45,311 nt of DNA, taken from the NCBI GenBank assembly GCA_001179505.1, contig CDMY01000598.1, positions 1 through 45,311 on the forward strand. The letters are read 5' to 3'. The notes beneath the pieces were generated by a model. That model was not told the DNA's origin and made no database searches. It was given only the letters and a program-made list of their open reading frames with translations. The position numbers and the translations under genes are program-made. This document shows, piece by piece, positions 11,183-22,500 of the stretch. Source of the stretch: Vitrella brassicaformis CCMP3155 (taxonomy: Eukaryota; Protista; Chromerida). Within the stretch, counting starts at the first letter, position 1, and each line of letters begins with the position of its first letter.

Positions 11183-14082
11183 TTATCCATCCAGCAGGCT
11201 TTGCAGGAGGCCGGCGTGCTCGTCCTGTTCATGCGGCGGCTCCTGCTCCTCTGTCTTCTCGGCCCGCAGGCCCTGCTCATGGGGACGCTCATCGGCCTCT
11301 TCCTCCCCATCTGATAAACACAACAGACAGACACGGAAGCCCCTCACATGACACGCATGTCTGTCTTATTGATCCTAAGTCGGCTGTGTGCTGGCGGGCT
11401 CAGCTCACCGAGTAGGAATTCCAGGCTTCTCGCGTGGCGGTCTTTCTGCCGCTTTTGCTCGTCAAGAGGGACGATGGCACCATGCATCTGCACGGCAGTG
11501 CGGGGCACACAGACGTGACGTGAGTGACGCAGCGAGTGGGGCGGGCGGCTGCCCCGGTGTTGTGTGTGTCACGTACATACCTCTTCGTATGGTGCCCGGG
11601 TGAGCTCCCCCCTGTCACGCTTGAGTGCCTCCTCAATCTGACACAGACAGGCGGGCATACACAGACAGGCGGGGGTCGATGGGCGGCCTGCATGCGCGTC
11701 ATTGGGCCGTGCCGTCCCGTACCTTGTCGGGTGCCCTTCTCTCCTCGACTTTGAATTTGTCTTTGATCTGCTTCTCAGACACCTCGGGGAACATCGACTT
11801 GACCAACATCAGATCCGACCCAAACGTGCGCAGCGCCTCATAAAACCTGAAGGATGGATGGGCGCATCCCATGCATGGAATGGATGGGCCGGTCACAGGC
11901 ACACGGCACGGCACTGCCTGTCTGTCTGCTTCGCCTGCCCTGCCCATGGTAAGTACCTGACCTGTCGGTAGCCTCTTGTGTCCATCTGTGTGCCTTTGTG
12001 TTCTTGTAGGCCTTGTCGAAGGGTTGCACCGACCCCTGCTGCACCTCATACGCCACCCCGCCCTCATACAGCACACACTCCTCCTCAACACCCATATGCC
12101 GACCCGCACCGATCTCCCGCGTCTCCTCGTCTATCACCAACTCGCCGTCCTCACCGATGCGCACCTGGGGGGCCGCGTGGAAGCGAGGGGCGGCGGCGGC
12201 CGCCGAGGACGGCCTGGCCAGAGCCGTGCTCGTGCCGCCGTCTGAATGCCAACACACCGGCACACACACAGAGAGCTGAGATGTGGGTGGGGTGCTAGGT
12301 GTTTCGGTGGGTTGGTAGGTACCGAGCAGCCCCAGGAGTGACTTCATGCCATTGTCGTCGTCTTGTCCGCCGGACATCCCCTCATCGAGCAGCATGGTGT
12401 CTGCAGCGGACATGTCAGGTGGCGGCTTGCGGTGCTGACGAGGGGGGCTGCGGTTGGCCCGCACGATGCCCCAGATGCTGTCAGGGTCTGATGGATGGAT
12501 GGACGCACAGCAACAGCCAAGGGAGAGAGCATTCATCCGTGTGTGTGTCTTGATCTCACTCATTGTCTCTCCGTGGTGCCTTCTTACCGACTGGTTCCCT
12601 TTTGACGCGGGGTTTCTTTCTCTTGGTCTGGGGCGCATCGTCGAGGCCCTTTGTTTGCTTGATTTCCTCCGCCTTGTCCTTGTACGCCTGCCGCTGTTGG
12701 TCGGTGAAGGCCTTCCACTGGCCCGACAGCGACTGCATCACCTGCTTCTGCGTCATGCCCTCGAAACCGCTCCGATTGGCCTTTCGACGCTCCTAAGACA
12801 TCCACACACACACACACACACACACACAAAATACATCTGAGATCCCGCGGCATGTCTTTGTGAATGTGTTCTCACCGCACAGAAGACGATGAATCCCGTG
12901 AGATGCCTCTTGCGCTGCTTCTTGTGAGTCCCAGTGGGGGAGGACATGCCGCCATCCTCACCCCCCCCTGCAGCAGCAGCAGCAGCTCCGCCAGGGTAGT
13001 CGACTGCCGCCGGGTCGTACTCCTCATCGTCCTCGTCCCGCCGCCGCTGCCGCCTCTTCTTCTTGCCGGCCTTTTTGGCAGAGGGTTGTGGTGGTGGGAC
13101 CAGTGGTGGTGGTGGTGGTAGCGGTGGCCACGTGAATTCAGGGGGAATCTCCATCTGCTCGGCCTCCTGCTCCATCCCCTGCTCCTCCTCTTCGGCTTCT
13201 TCCAGGTGAGGGTAGTCACCCGCCATTTCAGCCTCAGCCATCACATCAAGAGGAGGAGGCATGTCCACCCCCGCCCCTGCAGGCCCACCTCTCTTCCGCT
13301 GGGTGGCGCCAGTGCCGGCAGCGGCAGTGCTCCGCCCCCTGGACCGCTTGGACGACCTCGCTGGTCGACTTGGGGGCATCCCGACGTCCTCATCCAGCAC
13401 CGGCAGCCCCCCCACACTCTCACTCAGCGGCACTCCTCCCCCATCCCCGATAGAATGCGCCAGCATAGGCTGCGGCGGACCTCGCTCACGCACGCTCTCA
13501 GCCCTATGTGGCCGTAGCCGCACCTCTGAAGGAGCTGAGCCTCGCCGATTGCTGCCCACCGGAGGGCTCGTCCTCATCGACCGTGTGCCCCGCTGCCCGA
13601 GGCCATCCATCGGCAGCTGGACGTCCATCTGAGGGGACATTGGTGTGAAGTGCCGGTCCGAGAAGGTGGCGAGTCTCCCGGGCTCTGTCCTGTCGGCCAG
13701 ATAGGGGACTCTGGTGAAGGACAGCGCCCTGTCGGGCCTGCTGCGGGTCGGGGGCGGGCGGGGAGGGGTGAGGGACGAAAGATGGACAGGGGGGATGGAT
13801 GAGGAAGAGGATGACGCTGCCACCGCTGGCGCAGCAGCAGTTGCTGCGGCTGCGGATGGTTCTGAAGGAAGATAACACGAGCCGACCACACACGCTGGTA
13901 TTCGCATGCATTGCTCATCTGAACGAATATCCCTACGTACCCGGCGACAGTTGATGCTCAGCCTCGGCTCCGGCCCTGTGATTGCGTTCGCCCCTGTCCT
14001 CGGCAGTGCCATTGAGCTCTCCCTGCGCCTGGAGCAGACTCAGCAGCTCTCCAAGGCCGTCATTGTCGAAATCTGTCATCAT
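11183..14082 (-). CDS. BDP1: TFIIIB B'' subunit (BDP1-like SANT domain), apparently fused with an upstream HMG-box in one multi-exon gene
   Basis: PQVRIGEDGELVIDEE and RWTQEATDR|FYEALRTFGSDLMLVKSMFPEVSEKQIKDKFKVEERRAPDK are BDP1 motifs. KRHLTGFIVFCA|ERRKAN..QVMQSLSGQWKAFTDQQRQAYKDKA is an HMG-box. A phase-1 intron 12587-12488 (gtaaga..catcag) joins them in frame. BDP1 identity is firmer than the fusion. Confidence 0.8.
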
Positions 14083-14166
14083 GACCTGACGCAGAGGACA
14101 GCCTGTCCTTTCTGAAGGCTCTTTTTTCAAAGCCGTTCTTTCTCTTCCCACCCAGCCTCTCGCTCC

Positions 14167-14176
14167 AAGCTCGCAA
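14167..14176 (-). promoter_or_regulatory. TTGCGAGCTT element in the 164-bp interval between HMG-BDP1 and the orphan gene
   Basis: aagctcgcaa on the + strand. Confidence 0.55.
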
Positions 14177-14246
14177 ATTTTGCGGCAGCTGAGTCGTGGT
14201 AAGCTTGGAGTGTTCGAGTGAGTGTAGATCTCGTTGTATCGTCACG

Positions 14247-16296
14247 ATGGCATCGCCGAGCTCTTCCGGGCAAATTACTCATCCAGAGGTGAGAGCAGAA
14301 CAGCACACGACCGCACAGCGCAGAGGTGCACGGCCGGTGTGTCCCGCAGGCGTCTGTCGGTGCAACGTCGTGTCGGTATCGTGTGGGCAGCCGCGTGCTG
14401 ATGGTGTCGGACCAGAGAAGGGACGACAGGTTCCAGTGGGTGGAGGCCGAGGTGTACAAAATGGAGCCGGCCGAGGGCGGGACGCGGGTGTGCATGCGGG
14501 AGGTGGGTGGGATGGATGAGGAGTTTGAGCCGGTCGTGGTGCCACACACGACAGCGCCATTCCAACGACTCGATACTATAGACGCGGTTGGCATGGCACA
14601 CACACAGGCAGGGAGAGAGAGTGGTGCGGCATCACGGTGTACACACATCCCTCCTTGTATGTGTGTGACTGTGTGTCATCCATCAGGGATGCGATGGGTT
14701 CCATTACTTCGGCCACGTTCCCCCGACGCATACATCCCTCTGCAAAGCGTGGATGAGGTAGGCAGGCCTATCATGCAGAGGGAGGGATGGCATAGCTTTT
14801 TTCCACATCCGGGTGTGCAGGTTGATGCGGAGCGTTTCTGTGTGGACCCGAGCATCAAGCCGCGCGATGCCAAGGACCCGCTGTCCTTCCTGTTCCTGCC
14901 GCCATCCTTCATGCCCCCCCTCCCCACCGACGTCATCACCACCACACTTCTCCCCCTGTGTGGCGCGGACGCCCTCGCACTCAAGCTCAAGAGCACCCTC
15001 TGCTGCACCTCAACTTCGGTCGGCGCCGCCATCGGCTCCGCTGCGGTGTCGGCCATCGACAGCATCATCGAGAAGTGCAGCCTCACGGGAGCCATCGGCA
15101 TCGGCTACCTCCTCCGTCGGCACCTGCAGCGGCAGCCGGGTCGGGCGATGGACGTGCGTCGGCCATTCCGACTGATCCGGCTGCACTACCTGATGGTGAC
15201 GGGGGGCGACTGGCGCGGCACCGTGCCGCTGCTGCGGATGGCCAAGAGCTGTGGACGAGTGCAGCGTCTGCCCATCGAGCTGACGGGCGACGACCTGCAC
15301 CACGTGCCCAGCAAGGCCGTCATCGACAGCCGGCCGCCCAGCATCCGCCAGTACAGCCTCTTCAGCCACCGACTGGGCACCTTCATGGATCTGACGCGCA
15401 ATGCCCACGGGCGGGAGGTGCTGGGCGGGCGTGAGGTGAGAGTGCAGACGGTGCCGGTTCGATTCGATGATCGATTCGATGCCGCGGATCCCGCGTGCGG
15501 ACGTAAGAGAGGGGAGGGCACAGCACCACAGGAGAGGCAACTTGACATTGACGGTGTCTGCCGCTGTGTGTGTGTGTCTGCAGACCATCGTGACAAGTTC
15601 GGCAGCTTCCGTGAGTTGGCCATTGAGAGGTATGCAGCGACTGAAATGAGAGAACACAACACAGAAATGTGTCGTGTTGTCTGCCTTTCCGCTCCCTGCT
15701 CTTTCAGGTTGGCATTGCTGTCGTCGCATGTGGTGTCGGAGGCCGAGAATCATCTGTGGCCACTCTGGCGCGTATCGGCCGCTAAGGGGGATCGCATCAG
15801 TGCCCTGATCGACCAGCAGCGTCGTTCGTCGCTCCTGTGGGACTGTCGCACCATCAACTACTACATCGCCGGCCGCTACTACATCGCCGGCCGCGCCTCC
15901 TACCGACTCGTCATACTCTGTGGCGACGAGGAGGGCGATGACTTTGCGGCATACATCTGGATGGCCAGGTACCCTGGTGTGCGGGCATCCATCAAGCTCT
16001 ACACCACCGAGGCGCCCCGGCAGGGCGTCACTGGTCGTGCTGCCTTCCCCCGGGCAGTGGCCATCGCCCGCAACAAGATGGACCGCCCCTCCTTGGAGCT
16101 GCTGCCGGCCATTGGACATCTGACTCAGGTGCACACACGCGACACACATGAGGGGAGGGGAAGCCATGCAATGTCTGTCCACGTCTATTGCCTTTTCTCT
16201 TTCCTCCTTGGTGCGTGTCCGCATCAGACACCTCGCCGTCCCCGAGAGGCCTCGCGAGCTGTCTGTCGACCGCCTGGGAGGGCGGTGATGTCGTGA
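14247..16296 (+). CDS. Hypothetical protein of a lineage-specific family (C-terminal DDFAAYI..LYTTEA), possible N-terminal Tudor/SH3-like barrel
   Basis: 656-codon ORF with internal GT-AG introns; exon 1 MASPSSSGQITHPE (14247-14288) splices to 14350. Confidence 0.72.
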
Positions 16297-18542
16297 GGGG
16301 CGTTGTGAATCGGCCGGCATTGGGGGGCGGGTGGCTGACTTGAATCGACAGATGGGTGAGTGCAGGTGTGTGGCTACTTGTGCAAGGATGCATGGCGTGT
16401 ATTCACTGTTTTCCCAATTCTCGATTGGCCGTCCGTACGAGATGAGTGGCAGTCACACCATCCAATCATTCCAGCCACGGCACACACAACATACACACAC
16501 ACAGACACACAGACAGACAGAGAGGGGAGGGGAGAGGGCAGAGGATAGTATGATTGATACACACATACACCCAGTCAGCAGTGGATTGGGTTATCGCCAT
16601 TGCCGTCCCACCCACCCTTTGAGTGAGCCACCCTGTCATGCACACAGACCAGCCCACCATGCAATTAATGCATGCAGATCTTTGTGTATTGGATGACCAA
16701 CCGTGAGATGGGCTTGGCTCGTACAGAATTGTGGACGTCTATGAGTCAGGAATGGCATGCCATGGATGCTGCTGATGAGTACTCGAGCTGACAGCGTACG
16801 TACGTACGTGCAGGGGCTCGGTGTTTCTGGCTGGGCGAAGATGGGGATTCTCCTCCCACTTGTGCAGTGGAGGTATGGTGGTGTGTACCTATAAGGACTG
16901 ACTGACTGACTGGATCGCTGCCTGCTTTCTCCAATGCTGATCGGTCATTCGAGCGTTTCGTTCATCCATTGGTTCATCTGGCTGGCCACGATTCGCACAC
17001 ACATGTCCACCTACCTAGCTAGCTAGCAGCCTACCTACCTGTCGGTCTGTCCGTCCAACAAAGACCCCACAACACACACTAGAGAGGCATCACACACACA
17101 ACACACCACACACCATACGCAACACACAACACACCGATGCACGAACGATCAGTCAGCGTCACGGGTGTCGCCGCCGCACTTAACGACTAATTCAAATCAC
17201 CCATAAAACATCACATAGCCACCACCAGCACACCCATCAGCTCACAGCACTTCACGTGCACCCCACGCAGCACCAACACACATCTTCGACAGAGAGACAG
17301 ACAGGGAGGGACACACAACACAACGCCCACAGACAGGCAGACAGAACACCCCGGGTGCAGTGCAGCGTTGCTTGGCCGCCGCTCTCTGCTGGCGTGTGTC
17401 TCGCCTTCGACCAATCAAGTCCGTCGTACGCACACATACACGCGTTCACAGAGTTACTGGCACCAACATAGACATACGGATGCACACAAGGAAGGGTGAA
17501 GAAATACGGCGTGACCGCACAGACAGATGTGATGTGGGCTGGCGGGGCTGGCCGGGGAGAGGAGAGTCGTACAAAACATACATCGGCAATGTATGTAATG
17601 TTGTGTGCACAGCTGGGCCGGCTTGGAAGCGTGTAGTAAGACACATAGACACACAGACGTGTAGACAGACGTATGAATCAACCAAAGTAAGTATCCAGCC
17701 AAAGATCGAAAGCATGCAGCCAAAGATTGGGACCAAAGCGCTGCCTTGCCTGTCTGTGTTGTCTGGCGAGAAGATAGACACACACGTACGACACGTAGAC
17801 CGATCCGATAAAGAAAGAGAGAGCACCCTACCCTACAGCTTGCAACAACAGAAGACCGAGAGGGCCCTGCAGTCAGTCAACCAACCTTACACAGACTAGG
17901 AGCACCACGCAGACCACCCCCCCACACCCACCCAGCCCCGGCAAGAGACCCAACCACCGCCAAAACACTACGTAACGAGTCGCTCCTCCACTCGCTCAGT
18001 GTCGTCATGGAAGGCCTGACGGTACATTCAGCCACTGCGTAAAAATACCGAGGGGCTGGCTGGCCTGGCTGATGGCTGGATAGCAGATAGACAGACAAAC
18101 AGAACAGACAGACTGCTTAAGCAGGCAGGCATGCAGGCAGGCGAGGGCGAGAGAGGGAGGAAGGGATACATGGGTACGAAAGACATGCAGAAAGACGGAC
18201 AGACAGACAGACAGACAATAAAGTAGAGTCAGGTAGGGTAGAGAGGAGACAGATGTACGTCTTGGGCGGACTTGACCAACCGTGTGTATTTCCGCCCATC
18301 TATCTGATCCTGCAGGTGAGTGACACTTTAGCCACACCGCCCTTCATCACCGACTCGTGATACCAAAATAGCTGGGTGGGCTCTCTCCCCACAGTACGCA
18401 AACGTGCCCAATGAGCTCACTTCGACCATCACATGAGCCCCTGCAGGGCCCTGCAACCACACAGACAATCACACCCCCTTTTACACATACACAGTCGTCC
18501 CGTGCACTTTCCCCTTCCACGCACCCCTACCTGACCTGGTCA

Positions 18543-19130
18543 TCAAAGCCCCGTGATGGAGGGAATCTGAATCGGCTCCGCCTCGGTATTCATCCTCTCC
18601 CAGCTCAGGGCGGCAAGACGGGGATTCTTGACGCTTCTGGTCTTCTTGTCGACATGCCGGGGAGTCAGCGGCAAAAACGACGACGGAGGAGCGGTCGACT
18701 TGGAGCCGTTGCTGACGGACGACGGCATGGGGACGGGCTTCATGAGCGAGCGGAGATGGAGCGGCGAGTCACCCTCGCTCTGCGTCTTGCCCAGGTCGAT
18801 GCTGCTGCTGTTAGAGGGAGAAGCCGGCTGCAGCGGACACAAAAACAGGCAGACACACGGTAAGCATTGTGTTAATTGCATCGTGGGTGGCTCTGTCTAT
18901 CGCTCGTAGTTTTTAGTGTACTTATGTACCTGCGGAACGGGATGGCTCTCGATGACAACGTCGACCTTGCCGGGCCAGTCGTGCGCATCGTCCTCGCCCT
19001 CGTGGCTGAGCTCCGACGTCAAATTCAGCACATCCGTGGCGTCGCCAAAGGCACTCTCCCACTCGTCCACCAGATGCACTGGCCTCTCACAGCAGACACT
19101 CTTCATCCCTTCACAGCTGCAATCGGGCAT
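18543..19130 (-). CDS. Small two-exon hypothetical protein (acidic, Ser/Pro-rich)
   Basis: MPDCSCEGMKSVCCERPVHLVDEWESAFGD..HPVPQ|gtacat..ctgcag|PASPSNSSS..SITGL* joins in phase 0; promoter 8-mer lies 60 bp upstream. No recognisable domain. Confidence 0.4.
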
Positions 19131-19189
19131 GCCGGCCCCACGCTGCTGCACCACCAAATGACGAACCGAGCGCGGGAAGATCTGCAGAC

Positions 19190-19199
19190 TAAGCTCGCA
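19190..19199 (-). promoter_or_regulatory. TGCGAGCTTA element upstream of the AP2 gene and the small hypothetical gene
   Basis: taagctcgca on the + strand. Confidence 0.5.
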
Positions 19200-19536
19200 C
19201 TTAGGGAAATCGTGAAACCGCTCTCTCAAGAGCTCCGTTCAAATGATGCTTGCGGAGTCTGTGAGAGAGAGCTACTGTTGAATGAGCAGCTCAGCAGCAA
19301 AAGGCACAACCGACAAGAAAAAGGTACCGCAGGAAACGAGAAGGACCCTCGCCTCACTCATCGCCTCCCTGTACCCCGTGTGTGTTCAGACAGGCCACTA
19401 AGGCATCGCTCGAATCGTGTGGACGCAGCAACGGTTCTCAGCCTCTTCGAGCCGACACTCGAGTGAAAGCCGGGCACCACCCATCATCACTGCCTCCGCC
19501 CTGCTCAGCAAGGACAACAGAGCCCCCCAATCCTCG

Positions 19537-22500
19537 ATGGACGAGCTCGGCCCTGCCGACCTGAGCGCATATGTTGAGGAGCGGCTGCAGAACTACGAGC
19601 TGACAGCCGATAATGGTCGGGATGGCATCAACTGGAAGCCAGGGCTCCCTGGCTTCGAGCTCGATGGCGTGCGGCTGTCCAATGACCGCGATGTGGTCAC
19701 CCCGCAGCCCCTGAAGCTGACTGTTCTGACCAAGATCGGCATCGACAGGGCGCTGGAGCAGGCTGCCAAGGTCCGTGACAAGGTCGTCAGCCTGCAGGAG
19801 AGAATCGACGAGGGTGAGGAGCTCTCTGAAAGCGCCGTCCGGAGCGTGGTCGACAAGGCCAGCAAGAAGGCCGCAGACAGGATGTCGTCTGCCCCCCCTC
19901 CTCCTCCTCCTCCTCTTCCTCCTGCTTCTGCTGCTGCCGCTGCTGCTGCCAAGCCGGCGGTCGTCGAGGAGCCAAAACAAGTCGAGGAGAAGGAACAGGA
20001 TGAGGCAGCAGCAGCAGCGGCAGCAGCGGCAGCTGTTGAGCCCACCAAGACCAAACGTGGCCGCCATCCCAAGGCCCCCCTCTCCCGCTCGGCCGCTTGT
20101 GCGGCTGACTGCCTTGGGGGCCTGACCAAGGACGCGCAAGGCATCATGTGGCTCGACGGTCTCCATCGTTTTGAGGTGTGGCGCCTCAGCCCCGACACCA
20201 AGCAGCTCGTCTGCGAAGGCATCTTCCCAGCTGCAGACAAGACCGACCAGGCCATCGGCATCGCCGCGAGCGACGCCGTCGTATGTCGCGATGCTGCCTT
20301 CTACGGCATCGGTGAGCCGCTGCGGGGCGAGACAATGCATGACACGGCCGGTGAGGCGAGTGAGACGAATGGGGATATCGATGAGCTTGCGGAGGGCCTC
20401 TGCACCGCCACCAAGAGCCAGCTCTTGACAGCCTTTCCGCGTGACGAGAACATGCATGGGACACTGACAATCCGGTGGGACAAGCCCAAGAGGGGAAAGA
20501 GGGGCTTCATGGTCCTGCGGATGGCCAAGGTGCAGTCTGAGCAGCAGCCCCCTGAAGAGAGCACACCAGGCGCAGTAAAAAAGCAGACCAAGAGCAGAAT
20601 GTTTTCCCCAGCCAACGAGGGCGTCTCTGGTCTGCTGGAGGCCTTCGACGAGGCCGTGGCTTTCTATGGCGAGCTGCATGCGACCTGGGCCGAGGGCAAA
20701 GCGGCCGCGCCAGAAAAGAAGGACCAGCAGGGAGACAAGGAGGCGGAGGAGGAGGAGGAAGGCAAGAAAGAGAAGGCCAAGAAGAAACCCCAAGCGGAGC
20801 CTGCTGCTGCTGCTGCGGCTGTGGTCGCGGTCGTTCCCAAGAAGAAGCCGGAGCCCTCTTCTCAATACCAGCAGATCGTGTGGATGCCGCGGGAGCAGCG
20901 CTGGGAGGTGTGGTTGCTCGACCAGCAGGGCCAGGCGGCACTCGGCGGCATGTTCCCGGCAGCACAGGCCGGCGAGGCGGGCGACCCCGACAAGGCACCC
21001 GATGCGGCAGTGGAGCGACGCGACCACCTCCGCAACCTGCTGCAGACGACAGACAAGGAAGAGGGAGACAGCGGTGAGGAGCACCAGCAGCAAGGAGAAG
21101 GAGATGAAGACCTCATTCCTATGATCCTGCCCGATGAGCTTGGGGATAAGGCGCACGCGACCGAGCGGGCCACCAACATGATCAAGGCGATCCTGGGCAC
21201 CGGCAAGGATGGCCGCAGGGGCGGCGATCATGTGCAGGTGCGGTGGAGCTCCCGTGGCGCCGGATTCATCGTCGTCTGGCAGGGCCCTCTGCCCAAGAAG
21301 CCGAAGCTGCATCTGCTGGAAGATGAGAAGATGGACGAGGGAGACGAGATGGTCAACAGCTCACAGTCACAGGGCTCACCTGCTGACCCTTCTGCTGCCG
21401 GAAAGGCGGGCCCGTTACGCGACGAGCGCCACTTCTTCTTCCCCGTTCGGGATTTCACCCACTCGTCCCTTCTGGCGGCCCTCGACCACGCGCTTGAGGT
21501 GCGTGCCCTGCTGCTTGGCGGCGAGACGGACCACCGCTGGCCGCAGAAGGCCGTTAAGAAGGAGCCGAAGGAAGAGGCCGGCGACACGTCAGCAGCACCG
21601 GCATCAGCCCCTCATGCCAACAAGACCAATCCGCAGGCCTCCAAGGCCCTCCGTGAGGCGAGCCTGCCCTCCGCCCTCGGCAATGAAGGCGGCATCACGT
21701 GGATTGACGCTCTCGGTCGGTATGAGGTGTGGGTGTGGAGTCGGGAAAACGGGGCGCGTTTCGTGGACGCATTCCCGCCCCACGCGCGCAGTGCCAATGG
21801 TTACCAGGCAGCCGCAGCTCTGGCGCTCAAGTGTCGGGACAAGGCCGTCGGGCTGCTGGACGGGGAAATGGACAAATCCCCGATGCAGGTCAGTCATTGG
21901 TGCATGGACGTCGACACGATGCGTGCTGTACCCTCATGCCGTATTCCTCGTCTCTCTGTGCAGGCACAGACGTCGGCAGCCGCTGCTGCTGCCGCTGCTG
22001 CTGACCAGTCTGCCGACCGTGTGGAGACGATGAGTGGTGCCGTCCTGCAGCAGCGTGGCCACGGCGTGCTCAAGGCCATTTTGACGCTCGTGCGTCGGCA
22101 TGAGGCCTCCCCGCCCGCATCGCCCAAGAGCCCTCAAGCCAAGCCACAGCCAGACGAGGAGGTGGCGATCTCGTGGGACCGGGACCAGGAGGCCGTCAAG
22201 GTGTGGGCAAAGAAGGGCCGCCACAGGGGAAGCAAGGGCTTCAACAGGATCTTCTCGTACTGCGTGCTGGAGCGGAGCTTAGAAGAACTGGAGACCGTCT
22301 TCACTGAGGCTTTCGAGATGCGGGCGGACCTGAGGGGCCTCGACTCGCGTGACCTTGAATTCAAGAAGAAGAGCAAGGGTGCGGGCGAGCATCCGGAGAA
22401 GACACCTGAGGAGGGCAGGCAGCGGCCGGAGGTCGACATGGCCGACCTGGAGGCCTTTTGTGCGAGGATGCAGGAGAAGATGGATTGGGAGACCGCGGCA

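Noticed and set aside
12556-12756. Stand-alone small HMG-box gene ending at TGA 12556
   Set aside because: Not excluded, but disfavoured: the downstream gap looks intronic and a canonical in-frame splice to the BDP1 exons exists
15857-15895. 18-nt tandem duplication giving YYIAGRYYIAGR
   Set aside because: Real, but a trivial in-frame slippage with no wider pattern
19438-21312. 624-aa antisense ORF, and similar ones at 2706-3350 and 33197-34132
   Set aside because: These are shadows of GC-rich coding sequence on the opposite strand, with no domain-like content
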